A stretch of 64,000 nucleotides of DNA. Source: Vicugna vicugna (Eukaryota). The position numbers were made by a program, and so were the translations under genes. The stretch covers positions 750,941-814,940 of the forward strand of contig MU058844.1 in assembly GCA_013265495.1 (NCBI GenBank), read 5' to 3'. Position 1 is the first letter of the stretch, and each line of letters starts with the position of its first letter. The notes under the pieces are model-generated. The model made no database searches, was not told the DNA's origin, and worked only from the letters and a program-made list of their open reading frames with translations. Of this stretch, positions 40,815-53,511 are shown in pieces.

Positions 40815-41541
40815 TGTTACTGAACTCAGGTCCAGCTGCTTGCTGTTCAAAAACCAATACTTGTGGGGAAGGTAGAGCTCAGTGGCAAAGTTCATGCTTA
40901 GCATGCACAAGGTCCTGGGTTCAATCTCCAGTACCAACATTAAAATAAATAAATAAACCTAATTATCTACCCCCTCCAAACAAAACAACACAGAACAAAA
41001 CAAAAATCAATACTTGAGAGAGGCAAATGTCAGTAGAAAGGGAAGTTGCTTTTAATCAGAATGCCGGCAATCTGAGGAGATGGTGGACTCAATGTCCCCA
41101 GAAAACCGTGTCCCAAGATTCTGCTCAGCCATGAAAGATTTAACGGGAAAAGAGGGAGTAATCACAGTTAATCATTGAGATAGGGGTTTCCAGTCATCAC
41201 CATCCCCCACTGTAGGCTTGTTGACTTCTCCTGATCTTTTCTTTAGATGTTACCTTATTCACAGTTGGTTCACACAGTTTGTTTGCAAGATTACTGAAGG
41301 GGAAGCTAGGGAGGAGATCTGGTCATTTGTTAATTATTTATTCTCCATTTCTACTTTTTTGATCTATGGAAAAAATCAACAGGTTAGGCAAGGTATTGTG
41401 TGATCAATAGATTTGAAAGGTGTGCTAGGGTCAGAGATGAGTAAAGCATGGGATGCCTGGTTTAAGGTTAGTTACAAGATAAAAGGGGCCTCCTACTGAG
41501 AGCTTCCCTTCAAAGAGCTCCTTCCTGCCAAAAGCTGCTTA
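40815..41541 (-). mobile_element. ERV1 solo LTR interrupted by a SINE
   Basis: Terminus TGTTACTGAA; GTTGCTTTTAATCAG is a reverse ATTAAA polyA signal. Sequence is continuous across the SINE TSD. Confidence 0.7.
40865..41001 (+). mobile_element. tRNA-derived SINE (Vic-1-like)
   Basis: A/B boxes. TSD AAAAAYCAATACTTG at 40849-40863 and 41002-41016. Confidence 0.9.
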
Positions 41542-41766
41542 TGGAACCAGGGCAGGAACCGTGGGAGCCATGGGCACCAGAGCTGGAAATGCATGCTATC
41601 TTTCTCAGTTGCTGTGGCTGAAGTGAGTTCCTTCAGGCATTTTTCTTCTCTATCAATTACTCTACTATAGATTCTAAGTCCCAGGAGAGGGATTCAGGTT
41701 GGAACAGCTTGGTTTCTCATGCTAAGCTTCTTGGCCAAGGGAGAATTGGACACCAAGAATGCAAAA

Positions 41767-42283
41767 TGGTTTGTAAATAGAATTTGTATCATTTTTTTTT
41801 AGATTCCACATATAAGTGATATCATATGATATCTGTCTTTCTCTGTCTGACTTACTTCACTTAATATGATAATCTCTAGGTCCATCCATGTTGCTGCAAA
41901 TGGCATTATTTCATTCTTTTTATGACTGAGTAATATTCCATTGTGTGTATTTACTACATCTTCTTTTCTATTTACAAACCAAAAACAGACTCACAGAAAA
42001 CAAACTATGGTTACCAAAGGGGAAAGGGCAGAGGAGGGATAAATTAGCAGTTTGGGATTACCAGATACACATTACTATATATAAAATAGATAAACAGCAA
42101 GGACCAACTATATAGCACAGGTAACTATATTCAGTTTCTTATAATAATATATAATGGAAAAGAATCAGAAAAATATATATGTATGTATATGTATAACCTA
42201 ATTGCTTTGCTGTGCACCTGAAACCAACATTGTAAATCAACTACACTTCAATAAAAAATAAAATTAAAAGAAAATAGAAAAAA
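41767..42283 (+). mobile_element. 5'-inverted (twin-primed) L1 insertion
   Basis: Antisense L1 segment 41767-41965 is joined to a sense 3' end 41966-42283 with an A tail. Flanked by AAGAATGCA (41755 / 42284). Confidence 0.85.
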
Positions 42284-42529
42284 AAGAATGCACATATAGG
42301 GAGATATATTACCTAAAATAAAAAGAGGGTTAGCAGAAAGGGAAAATGAATGGTGAGTGCCTGAAAATCAACAAATTCCCATTATGTGTTTCCTCAGAAC
42401 CAGATATATCAAATTAATCTAATTGCCTGAGGTTGGTAAAACTCCGAAGTGGGGTAGAACTGTATTCATTATGTTTAATTCATCCATTTATTTGTAAATC
42501 TTCAGTACCCAGCAAGTAAACACAAGGCA

Positions 42530-43030
42530 CCATGGTATACAAATCACATTAGCCTCCTGCTTAAAACCTTCAATGATTTACAACTTAGAATAAAATACAA
42601 AATCCCTAGTGGAGCCTCTAAGGCCCCACAGTGTCTGCACCCCCAACTCTCCCAGCCCTCTCCCCTTGCCTGGTCTGTTCCAGCCCCAGTGCCCCATGCT
42701 TCCCACACGCTATTGCATCTGGTGGGCACACTCTCCTCATTCAAGCCCGAATAAGTTGAGTAACTTTCAGTCATGGTGGGCCTCAAGTTAAGTGTTGCTA
42801 CACCCCCTCACTCCGAATCTGTCTCTCCTGTTGTTCTGATCCCTGAAACCCTGGTTTCCTCCTTCATAACACAATTGGCCATCTCCTATTTTTCCTGTTG
42901 ATTTAATGGCTCGCTTCCTCAGAAGATGGCAAAAATCCAAGGACCACATCTATTTTGCTTAATCCTAAACATAACTTCTAGCACAGACCTTGACCATGGT
43001 TGGCACACAAGAAATACTGTTCAGTGAAGA
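42530..43030 (+). mobile_element. L2 LINE 3' fragment
   Basis: CCTGCTTAAAACCTTCAATG...CTTAGAATAAAATACAAAATCC...CTAGCACAGACCTTGACCATGG. Confidence 0.7.
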
Positions 43031-44791
43031 GTCAGAAATGCGTATGATCTCTGTTTACATGGAGGCTGTGTTTTAGAGACAAGAAATTATGATAGTCACT
43101 ATGGTAAGTGCAGTACAAGAGGGTTGTACGTGATACCAAAGGAGTACCCTGAAGGGGGAAGGGTTACTTAGGTCATGAGACAGTTTCACAAGGTCTCCCT
43201 TGGTGCCCTTATAGATTTCTCCTAGAAGGTGCATGAAGGTGGATGACACCCCCAGATGGAGATGCACAGAGGGAGGGAGAAGGGGGAGGGAAGTCTGAGG
43301 GGTGCACCCTTAGGTGAGTGCCCCAGGATCTGGGATCTGACCAGATCTCTGCAGTGCTTGTATCCAAGACTTGGATGAAGACAGAATAGTTATGGAATCT
43401 CCACGTGACACAGAACTGAGAAGAATAACAAATGTGCTGTCTTATCCTGAAATTCTATTTCATCAAGTTTGCTTTAAACATGCATTCTCTGTTGCATTCC
43501 TTAATGGAACATTTGCTTCCTATTAATTGGTAGTGTCTTTGTGTTTAAATAAATTTGTAATTTAATTCAGATGACTTGGAAAATGGGGTTTCTAAAAGAA
43601 CAAGTCAATGACTTGATATTCTGGAATGTTAAACATGTTACAAAGTTAATTCATGATGTCAGAGTTAAAAAACAAAACCATAAAAACCAATCACTTAACA
43701 TATCTTTTTCAAACTTATGTGCTGTCAGCCTTTCAATTATTACCATAACATGATTTTTATTAAACTCTTACTTTTCTTTGGTTCGCACAATTAGCCCTAA
43801 ATTCAACATTTTAACCACGCCATGAAAAGACCATTAGTCAACTTATGCTTACTCAGTTGCTAAAATGAGGTAATAAAAACCAATTTCCCGGTCTGGTTAC
43901 CCTCCTTCTTTCCCTCCCCCTTTCTTCCTCCCATTTCCCTCTTTCATATCCTCCCTCCCTTCTTCCTTCCTTCCCTCTTCCACAAAGATTTATTAAGATC
44001 TAATGTGAGCCTGGAGCTCTGCTAGGGGCACACATTTGGAATATGTAATACTTGTATTCAGATATATTTAACCAGCTATGTCCAGAGTGAGTTTAACATG
44101 ATTTGATTACCCCATTACAGTACACCTCCAGAAACATCTCATACATTTTAAAAGACCTAATTTTAGGCCAATTTGATGTAACAGAGTTGATCTCACCCTA
44201 TATCCCCCCATATTCACATATTCATCCAAGGATATTGATCATGCAGTTCCTGGTTAGTCTATTGTTTACTCCCACTTTGGCAGAGAGCAAAATAAAAATG
44301 TACTCAGCTGACTCTTCAGTGAGTCAGTAAGCCTTCTCTTCATTTCCTAATTCTAATTCTAGCTAAGACTGGAATAAGCAATTCTCCACCCAGCAATTTA
44401 ATAAAACACATTTATTTAAAACATACACATAAACCTTAACACATCAAATAAGATGTTTATAGGTTGTATCACATATGACATGGAAATCACAGAAGTACAT
44501 GTACGTATGTAAATGTATGATGCAGACTGGGTACATTTAACTAAGCTGATAAATCACTGTGGACCTGCTTCCTGGTCTTCTACCATTTTTGGAAATGTTT
44601 TCCTTTTCTCATTCTGTTTGTGGTGGTGTTTAGTAGTTCACCCAGGGTTCTTGAGTAAGGACAGAGGACAAGAACATGTTAGTGTTGTGTGTGATGTTCA
44701 CCCAAATCACAGTGATACATGAAAAAATATACTGGAGAGTATTATTTAAATTTGAGTTTCTCTAAATTATTCCTTTTAAAATAAACTAGGA

Positions 44792-45629
44792 GTCTACTCT
44801 AAACAGAAAAGAAGCAGGATGCTACAAAAATGAGAAATTCATAACTGGAAAGGTGATAACTACCATGAATTACAAATAGAATAAACACAAAATTGTAAAA
44901 GAAGACATCTAAATCATTAAGAGTGGGAGAAGGAAGCAAGGAAAGCCACTGTGGAAAACAGTATGGAGATTCCTCAAAAGACTAGGAATAAACTTACCAT
45001 ATGACCCAGGAATCCCACTCCTTGGCATATATCCAGAAGGAACTCTACTTCAGGATGACACCTGCACCCCAATGTTCATAGCAGCACTATTTACAATAGC
45101 CAAGGCATGGAAACAGCCTAAATGTCCATCAACAGGTGACTGGATAAAGAAGATGTGGTATATGTATACAATGGAATACTACCCAGCCATAAAAACTGAC
45201 AACATAATGCCATTTGCAGCAACATGGATGCTCCTGGAGAATGTCATTCTAAGTGAAGTAAGCCAGAAGGAGAAAGAAAATTACCATATGAGATCGCTCA
45301 TATGTGGAATCTTAAAAAAAAAAAAAGAACATAAATACAAAACAGAAACAGACTCATAGACATAGAATACAAACTTGTGGTTGCCAAGGGGACAGGGGGT
45401 GGGAAGGGACAGATTGGGATTTTAAAATGTAGAATAGATAAACAAGATTATACTGTATAGCAAAGGGAAATATATATACAAGATCTTGTGGTAGCTCACA
45501 GAGAAAAAAAAATGTGACAATGAATATATGTATGTTCATGTATAACTGAAAAATTGTGCTCTACACTGGAATTTGACACTACATTGTAAAATGACTATTA
45601 CTTAATAAAAAATGTTAAAAAATAAAATT
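44792..45629 (+). mobile_element. Relatively young L1 with ORF1-end/inter-ORF sequence fused to the ORF2 3' end
   Basis: ORF2 C-terminus MFIAALFTIAKAWKQPKCPS...EYY (45072-). The 5' part (44792-44944) resembles the ORF1 stop and spacer. TSD-like AAATAAACTAGGA / AAATAAAATAGGA. Confidence 0.8.
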
Positions 45630-46599
45630 AAATAAAATAGGAAATTCCATATGTTAAATAGAACCACTTTATAAAGTTAGGTCAAGGGTATATCTTGTAG
45701 ACTTGTATGGATGTAGATTGGAATTTTCCTGAACAAGATACAGCCTCAGAGGTGTAGACAATGGGTGAGAACCAACCCCTAAGAAGAGCCCTCAACATAT
45801 GTGCGCAGGTCTTACTATGAAATGGACATGCTAGTCCAGCGACTATCACTCCCACAGCCTTTAGCAGAGAAAGTCAAAGATTCATTTGGACAGATGCATC
45901 TCTAGGAAGATTTCCCAAGAGAAGAGAGCATGGCAGCATGTCTTCCCTGGTCTGAATGGGCTGTTCTTCCCCTGGAGCCAAGCGAAGGGAGGCAGTGAGA
46001 GAGCCCCTTAGAATTAGGAGTGCTTGCCAGAAAGGGACGTCGGACTTTCAGTGCCTGGCCAGAGGCTTTCCAGGCTGGAGGAATGTGTACACCTACTCTA
46101 TGCTACTATAGGAGTGCAAGACAAGCAAGTTTTTGGAAGAATCTGACAAGGATCCTTTGGAGTTTGAGGGACAAAGACAAAATCTGCAGGCTAGAGTTGG
46201 TCAGGAGATGCTCCTAGAAGCTAGACAGGGACAGAGGGTTGCAAGTTCCACTTCTACCATCTGACTGGGCAGGAATGCCCAATGGTTCCCGTGGACTGAA
46301 GGGACACAGTGGAGACTGTCTACCAAATGGAGTGAAAGGACAGGCCATGCCTGACAGCTGTAACAGAAGAGAAGGGGGAGAAGGGAGATTTGAAATGGAT
46401 GAGAAATTGAAGTTTAATTTACACTGGACTGGAATTTTCCATCGCTGAAAGTGAGACTCTTCTCACAACTGAGACTGGCCTCAATGGTCAGGGATCTGCC
46501 TGAAATATCACTGGGGACTGAGAAGGGAGATCTGCTTGTTTGACAGCAGCAGTGGGAGAAAACAAAGCAGTTTACTGATTATGATTACTGACTCAGCAC

Positions 46600-47360
46600 A
46601 TTTAACAAATCAGTTACACAATTTTTTTAAAAGTCAGCTATTACACCACCTATGGAGTGTTCTTGCCAAAATTTTTTTATTTGTTTTGAGTCTAATTTAA
46701 TCAAATCTCTTGAACTAATGAACAGCTTCCAGGACAGACAGGAGCTGGAAGAACTTGTTAATGACACCCAGTGGGTACCATCAGCCAAATCCAGAAGGTT
46801 AGAAATTCCACAGGACAAAAGCCCCCGTTTTCTTCAACAACACATGGCATAGAGGAAGAAAGAGAGAACTGTCATAAATTAAAAAAAAAAACTTGAGAAT
46901 ATCTGACATGTAATGTATGTACTGTATTTGAATTTTTATTTGAATGTAAAAAGACATTTCTGAGACACTCAGGGAAAGTGAAACTTGGATTGGATATTAA
47001 ATATGTCAAGGAATTATGAATTTTGGGGGCATGATAATGTAGTGGGATTTTTTTTCTTTTAAATTCTTATGCACTACAGAAACATACTGAAGTATTTATA
47101 GGTGAAGATTAGTTTTTAAATACTCTTGGATAAAATGATAAAAAATAAATATAAATTTTTTTAAAGAATAAAAAGATAAAATATACTCCAGCATAAAAGA
47201 AAATAAAGTGTAAATTTGGAGAAAAGATTGATGAGAAAAGAATGATGAAACAGAAATAATTGTTGAATTTAGGTGATAGGTACCATCAGGCTTTATTATA
47301 CCATTCTTTCTAATTTTGTATGTGTGAAATTTTCTATAATAGAATGGTAAAAATTAAAAA
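46600..47360 (+). mobile_element. Old L1MC/ME 3'UTR
   Basis: AATTCCACAGGACAAAAGCCCCGTTTTCTTCAACAA...ATTATACCATTCTTTCTAATTTTGTATGTGTGAAATTTTCTATAAT. Confidence 0.65.
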
Positions 47361-47470
47361 TAAAATTACAAGGCTGTTTAAATAGCAAGTATCTTTATTT
47401 TTATTTTTTAAGGTCTTGCTGTGGTATGGATAATGGTTAAGAGCGCAAGTGCTAAAATTCAACTTAGTTT

Positions 47471-48168
47471 TTTTGTTGTTGTTTTGTTTTTATTGAAGTA
47501 TAGTCAATTTACAATGTTTCATTAGCTTCTGGTGTAGAGCATAGTGATTCAATTATACATATAAATGTATATATGCATTCCTTTTCATACTCTTTTTCAT
47601 TATAGGCTATTATAAGGTATTGAATATAATTCCCTGTGCTATGCAGTAGGACCTTATTATTTACCTATTTTATATATAATAGTTAGAATCTGCAAATCCC
47701 AAACTCCCAATTTATCCCTCCCTACCCCCTTTCCCCCTGGTAACCATAAGTTTATTTTCTATGTCTATAAGTCTGTTTCTATTTTGTAAACAGGTTCATT
47801 TGTGTCATTTTTAAAGATTCCACATATAAGTGATATCATATGGTATTTTTCTTTCTCTTTCTGGCTTATTTCACTTAGTATGACAGTTGCCAGGTCCATC
47901 CATGTAAGCATTATTTCATTCTTTTTATGGCTGAGTAGTATTCCATCATATATATTATATGTATATAGATATATCACAACTTCTTCATCCAATCATCTGT
48001 TGATGAACATTTAGGTTGCTTCCATGTCTTGGTTATTGTAAATAGTGCTGCTATGAATATTGGGGTGCAGGTATCTTTTCGAATTAGTTTCCTCAAGATA
48101 CATGCCCAGCAGTGGGATTGTTGGATCATATGGTAATTCAATTTTTAGTTTTTTAAGGGATTTCCATA
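47471..48168 (-). mobile_element. 5'-truncated L1 inserted in a MIR
   Basis: TTTTATTGAAGTATAGTCAATTTACAATG...; TSD TCAAYTTAGTTT at 47459-47470 and 48169-48180. MIR halves on both sides. Confidence 0.9.
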
Positions 48169-50722
48169 TCAATTTAGTTTTGAATACTGGCTACAACCAT
48201 TATCAGTTCTGTGACCTTTGGAAAAAGTCACTTAACATAAGCCCCATTTCCCCCAATTGCAAGATGAGAATAATAACAATGCCTTATTGTTGCTACAAGG
48301 ATTTAGTGGGATAATATTTGTAAAATTTAACAAAGCACAGGGTTGTCCCAACTATTAGAGTAATCAGTAATCTCTGCAAATAAGTACAAAGTAAGCCCAA
48401 GTATTAGCCTACTCAAGTTTAATTTACAGTTCTCTCTCTGTTTCCATTTTGAGGTACTATTTTTGATGCTATAGTTGCCTTCTTATCTTAAGTCTGAAAA
48501 CTCTAATGCAGAAGTGAAAATTTGCTTAGAAAGAAATCCTCAGAGGTGGGGAACAGGGTTTTTTGTCTCCTCACCTTGGAATGCTCCCAGAGTTGACCTT
48601 TGAGCTGTTAAATTTCTATCATTGCTAGTAGCACAAACCAATTCTGACCAACTCAAGGGGAAAAAAAAGGTTATCTTACAGAACCCAAGGAAAATCTGGA
48701 CCTGCAAAGGCAAACTAAGTGTAAGCTCTGGAACCAGAAAAACTCTAGTTATCTAAGCATGAAGCCACATGTTTACTTTCTTCAGGTCACCAAAATCAGG
48801 GTGAATGAACTTCAACTATTTGAAGTTTTTGTATCAGTTTGCTATCACTTTGCTTAAGATTCCGGCTTCAGACAGTATCTGGCTCAGTTTGGGTCACATG
48901 CCCGTCACTTGGTTGGAAGGGGGTGGGGAATTGGGAACCTTTAATGACAATCCTACCAAGACTATATCCTAAGATTGTTATCTCTAACAATAGTTCCTAT
49001 CTAGGGAACTAGTTGTACCTTAACATTCATTCTTCCCTTCTTTCATGGCGATAGGGTTTTACCTGGCCAAATACCTGCTCAGATAAAGGCTACATTTCCA
49101 GGCCTCTCTAGAAGTTCTGTGTGGCCATGTGACTAATTGATGGTCATGGGCTTTAAGCAGAAGTGATATGTGATACATCCAGATTCTGCCCTTGATAGAT
49201 TTGGATATGTGTTCGTCAAGTCTCCTTAACCCAGTTCCCTGACTGAAAGAAGGCTACAACTGGAACAGCTATCTTGGACCAACAATAGAAGTAGGACAGT
49301 GCAGTTTAGCAAATAAAAATACAAGATATTCAATTACATTTGAATTTCAGATAAACAAGGAATATTTTTCTAAAAAAAAAGTATATTCCAGGCAATATTT
49401 GAACATAGAGAGGTTCAACGTATATTGTTAAGTGAGAATAGAACAAGGGACTGAATAGTATGTATACATTGGTTAATGACTTGTATGTTAGTGTGTGTTT
49501 AAAAAAAAATCTAGTTATGTTTAAACATGGCCGTTATCTCTATGATAAGAACAGTGATTTAGGGAGAAAGGAGAGGAGAGCCAGAGACAGTGGTGGCCTA
49601 GACCAAGTGGTAGCATTAAGAATGGAAAACAGTAGACAACTGATGATACATACTGACTATCAATAGGTGTGTTTTGAAGACATACTAAATTGCTATCAGT
49701 GGTTTTCACAGGGTGGGCAAAGTGTAAATATATGGAGGACTTTCACATTCTAACTCATATATTCCTGCAGTGTTTTTAATAGGAAAATGGATATTTTTTA
49801 CTTCCTAGAAATAAGAACAATTTTGTATGTTTAAAAGTGCCCTGAGAAGCAATGAATGCAAACTTGGGAAAATTGTTTGCAAAATATATGCTACACAAAG
49901 TGTTGATATTCTTAATCTATAAAGTGCTCTTACAAGTTCAAAAGACAGAGATGAACATACAGGTAGAAAATGGGCAGCAGACATGAAAAGTCACAAAAGG
50001 AACACCTATTCCAATAAACTGAAAACATTCTACCTCCTTAATCAGAAGAGAAATACTTGTGACAACTAGATAGTATGTTCCTCCTAAATTGGCAATTTTT
50101 GAAAGGGAACAGTCTTAATTTTGGCTCTGCAAGTTCCTTGAGTAAGATTGTTATCAGAGAGTGGGATTTGGGAGTTTAGTTTGTCTTCAACAAAACAGCT
50201 TTCAGTGATGACAAATCCAAACCTCATCCTTGAAGTAGGTCACACACTGCAAATGGGAAGACAGTGGGCAAGGAATTATGAGATCACAGTGTCAAATGGG
50301 CTATTGGTGTGTTTAACACAAATAACAATAATAACCATTTGTTACTGGGTATTTAAAATGTGCCAGGCCAATGCTGACTGCTCACAAAATGCTGTTGAAG
50401 GAGGTACTGCTGTTCTCCACATCATACCAGGAGGAAAACTAAGTCTTAGAAAGGTTAAGTAACCTGTTAGCCCTTCTGCATTTACATAAATACCTCATTA
50501 TTTTTTTTTTCATTTTAATCAAGGCAACCATTTGTTGATACTTGTGAACCCTGCCTATATAAGCCCAGAACACAGCTCTAAACAATCTGGCTTGCTAGGT
50601 TTAAAAAAACTAATTTCTAAGATACTTATAATTAGGTGAATTTCTCTGGTCAGGCTTACTGTCATTAATCAGAGGCTGAATGCTTTGTTTTTAGGTTATT
50701 GAGGTTCTTTATGTCTCCTTCA

Positions 50723-50916
50723 CTTTTTTAAAAAATTGAAGTATAGTTGATTTACAGTGTTGTGTTAGTTTCTGGTGTACATCATAGTGATTTAATTATA
50801 TATATAGTTATATACACACACACATATTCTTTTTCATTATTGGTTATTACAAGATATTGAATATAGTTCCCTGTGCTATACAGTAGGACCTTGCTGTTTA
50901 TCTATTTATATATAGT
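50723..50916 (-). mobile_element. Short L1 3' end
   Basis: AATTGAAGTATAGTTGATTTACAGTGTTGTGTTAGTTTCTGG...CAGTAGGACCTTG. Confidence 0.85.
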
Positions 50917-51144
50917 ACAGAAACAATTCATTCTTAACTACTGTGCTATATACTTCATTCAGGAATACAATATGCGTTAATTAATTAAACGTCAAGTATT
51001 AGGCACTAAATTAGGAACTGTGGGTACAATGGTGAACAAAGTCTTTATTAGTCTTTAGCTGATAGTCCAGAGGGAGATGGAGATAAGTAAGTAGGCAATT
51101 ATGATATACAGCCATATGTTGTCTACAAGAGACACACCTATAAT

Positions 51145-52015
51145 GAGCAGGGTACTGGAGCTGCCTCATAGTGGTTTTTATCAGCCTGCAGAAGCTGACT
51201 ATTATAGCAGCATCATTCATAATAGTCCCAAAACAACCTAATGCCCATCAACTTATAAATATATCCATAAGTGAATGTGACCTATCCATACAGCAGAATA
51301 TTATTCAGTAATAAAAAAGAAATGAAGTATTGATACATGCTACAATATATATGGAGCTTGAAAATATGTGCTAAGTGAAAGAAGACAGTCACAAAAAAAC
51401 ATATTGTATGATTCCATTTATACAACATGCTCAGAAGAGGCAAATCTATAAAGATAGAAAATAAATTAGTGGTTACCAATTAGGACTGGGGCAGAGGGAT
51501 GGTTGAAGTTAGTGGTTGCTAATGAGTCTTTCTGAGATGATGAAAATGTTTTAAATTGTTTGTGGTGGTGGTGGTGGTGGTTGCCCAAGTATATGAATAT
51601 ATTAAAACCATTGTGTTACATATTTAAATGAGTGAATTTTATGGTATGTGAGTTATATCTCAATAAAGTTATTTAAAAAGCAAGTTGTGAACATCTCCTC
51701 CCAACTTTGCATTCAACCATTTTGGTGGGAGTAGGGTTGCCAGATTAAGCAAGTGAAAATACAACCAGTTAAATTTGAATTTCAGATAAACAGCAAATAT
51801 TTTTTATATGTAAGTGTGTTCCATGCAATATTAACTACTTATATTAAAAAATGAGTCATTGTTTATCTGCAATTCAGATTTAACTAGGCATCCTGTGTTT
51901 TCTCTGACAATCCCAGGTGGGAGTATTGACACCATAGAAATCAGTATATTCTACAAATCAGACACTACTTCTGCCCAGAGAGCTGGTTGTTAAGCATTTG
52001 TCAGCACATCACTGC
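51145..52015. mobile_element. MER63-like hAT element containing an L1MB-like 3' end (~51200-51680) and a MER53
   Basis: Ends GTACTGGAGCTGCCTC... and GAGAGCTGGTTGTTAAGCATTTGTCAGCACATCACTG. The L1 3' end terminates ATCTCAATAAAGTT. Confidence 0.6.
51732..51915. mobile_element. MER53 hAT MITE with perfect 8-bp TSD
   Basis: TAGGGTTGCCAGA...TCTGACAATCCCA. GGTGGGAG at 51724-51731 and 51916-51923. Confidence 0.85.
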
Positions 52016-52021
52016 CTAAAC

Positions 52022-52025
<4 letters not shown>

Positions 52026-52066
<41 letters not shown>
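52026..52066 (+). repeat. Pure poly(A), 41 nt
   Basis: Seen directly. Confidence 0.95.
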
Positions 52067-52068
<2 letters not shown>

Positions 52069-52725
52069 AGACTAAAAGTCAAAGGATGTAAAAAAAGACA
52101 TGCTAATAAGCAAACACTAACCAAACTAAAAGTGGTATGACTATATTCATATTAGACAAAATAGACTTTAAAACAAAAAATATTACTGTAATAAGGGTAA
52201 AAACATTGATAGAAGATTTACTTCATCAATATTTGATAATTCCAAAGTTGTATGGGACTCATAACACAGCTTTAAAATACATAAAGTAAAAGTTGCCAAA
52301 ACTACAAGAAGAATCAACAAATCTACCACCACAGTGGGAGATTTTGATATATCATATCAGTAATTAATAGACCAGTCATAAAAGGTATCAGTAGAAATAT
52401 AGAAGACTTAAAAAATACAATGACAAGCTTCATCTACTGAACACATATAGACCCCTATCCCTGACAACTGGATGACATACATTTCTGTCAAGTGCCCATA
52501 AAGCATTTATATGAAAACTTTTCAGGTATGTGGCCAAAAAGCAAGTTTAAGTTTTTTAAGAACTGGTGTACACAGACTGTATTCTTTAAACACAATGCAA
52601 TTGAATTAGAAATGCATTTTAAAAGGTTTTTAAAGTAGTGTATATTTGAGAAATTTAAAACATACTTCTTAGAAAGGAAAATGCATAGTTCTTCATGTTT
52701 ATATTAGAAAGAAAAGTATACCTGA

Positions 52726-53440
52726 CTGGCCGCGCGTCCCCGCCAGCCCGGAGTCCCCCACCGCGCCTCCTGCCTAGGCTTCAACAGACCTCACCAAAAT
52801 GCCGTCTCAAATTGAACACGCCATGGAAACCATGATGTTCACATTTCACAAATTTGCTGGGGATAAAGGTTATTTAACAAAGGATGACCTGAGAATACTA
52901 ATGGAAAAGGAGTTCCCTGGATTTTTGGAAAATCAAAAAGACCCTCTGGCCGTGGACAAAATAATGAAGGACCTGGACCAGTGCCGAGACGGCAAAGTGG
53001 GCTTCCAGAGCTTCTTTTCGCTAATCGCCGGGCTCACCATTGCGTACAATGACTATTTTGTGGTGCACGTGAAGCAGAAGGGAAAGAAGTAGGTAGCACT
53101 GAGCAGTTGCTCCTGCCGTGATAAGAAGTCTCCCAAAGGGTCGCTTAAGGAATCTGCCCCACAGCTTCCCCCTGTGTAAGGATTTCCTGAGCAGACTGGG
53201 ACCCTTAGAAAATGTATAAATAAAACCCAACTCCCCTTGGAGAAGCAGAGAAAGAAAAGTCAGTTAAAGCCAGATAAGCTTTTGATTTTTATATTGCTTG
53301 CATCCTCTTGCCCTCAATAAACAAAATCCTTTTTTAGTTATGAGAAAGAAAGAAAGAAAAGGAAGGAAGGAAGGAAAGAAAGAGAGAAAGAGAGAAAGAA
53401 AGAGACAGAGAGAGAGAGAAAGAGAGAAAGAGAGACAGAG

Positions 53441-53511
<71 letters not shown>

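Noticed and set aside
45072..45359. ORFs with convincing protein-like sequence (also 30767, 47765, 54897, 55866, 61208)
   Set aside because: They are fragments of L1 ORF1p/ORF2p in truncated elements, not host genes.
52799..53092. The authentic S100A10 locus
   Set aside because: No introns, TSD and polyA remnant are present, and no neighbouring S100 cluster genes appear in the window.
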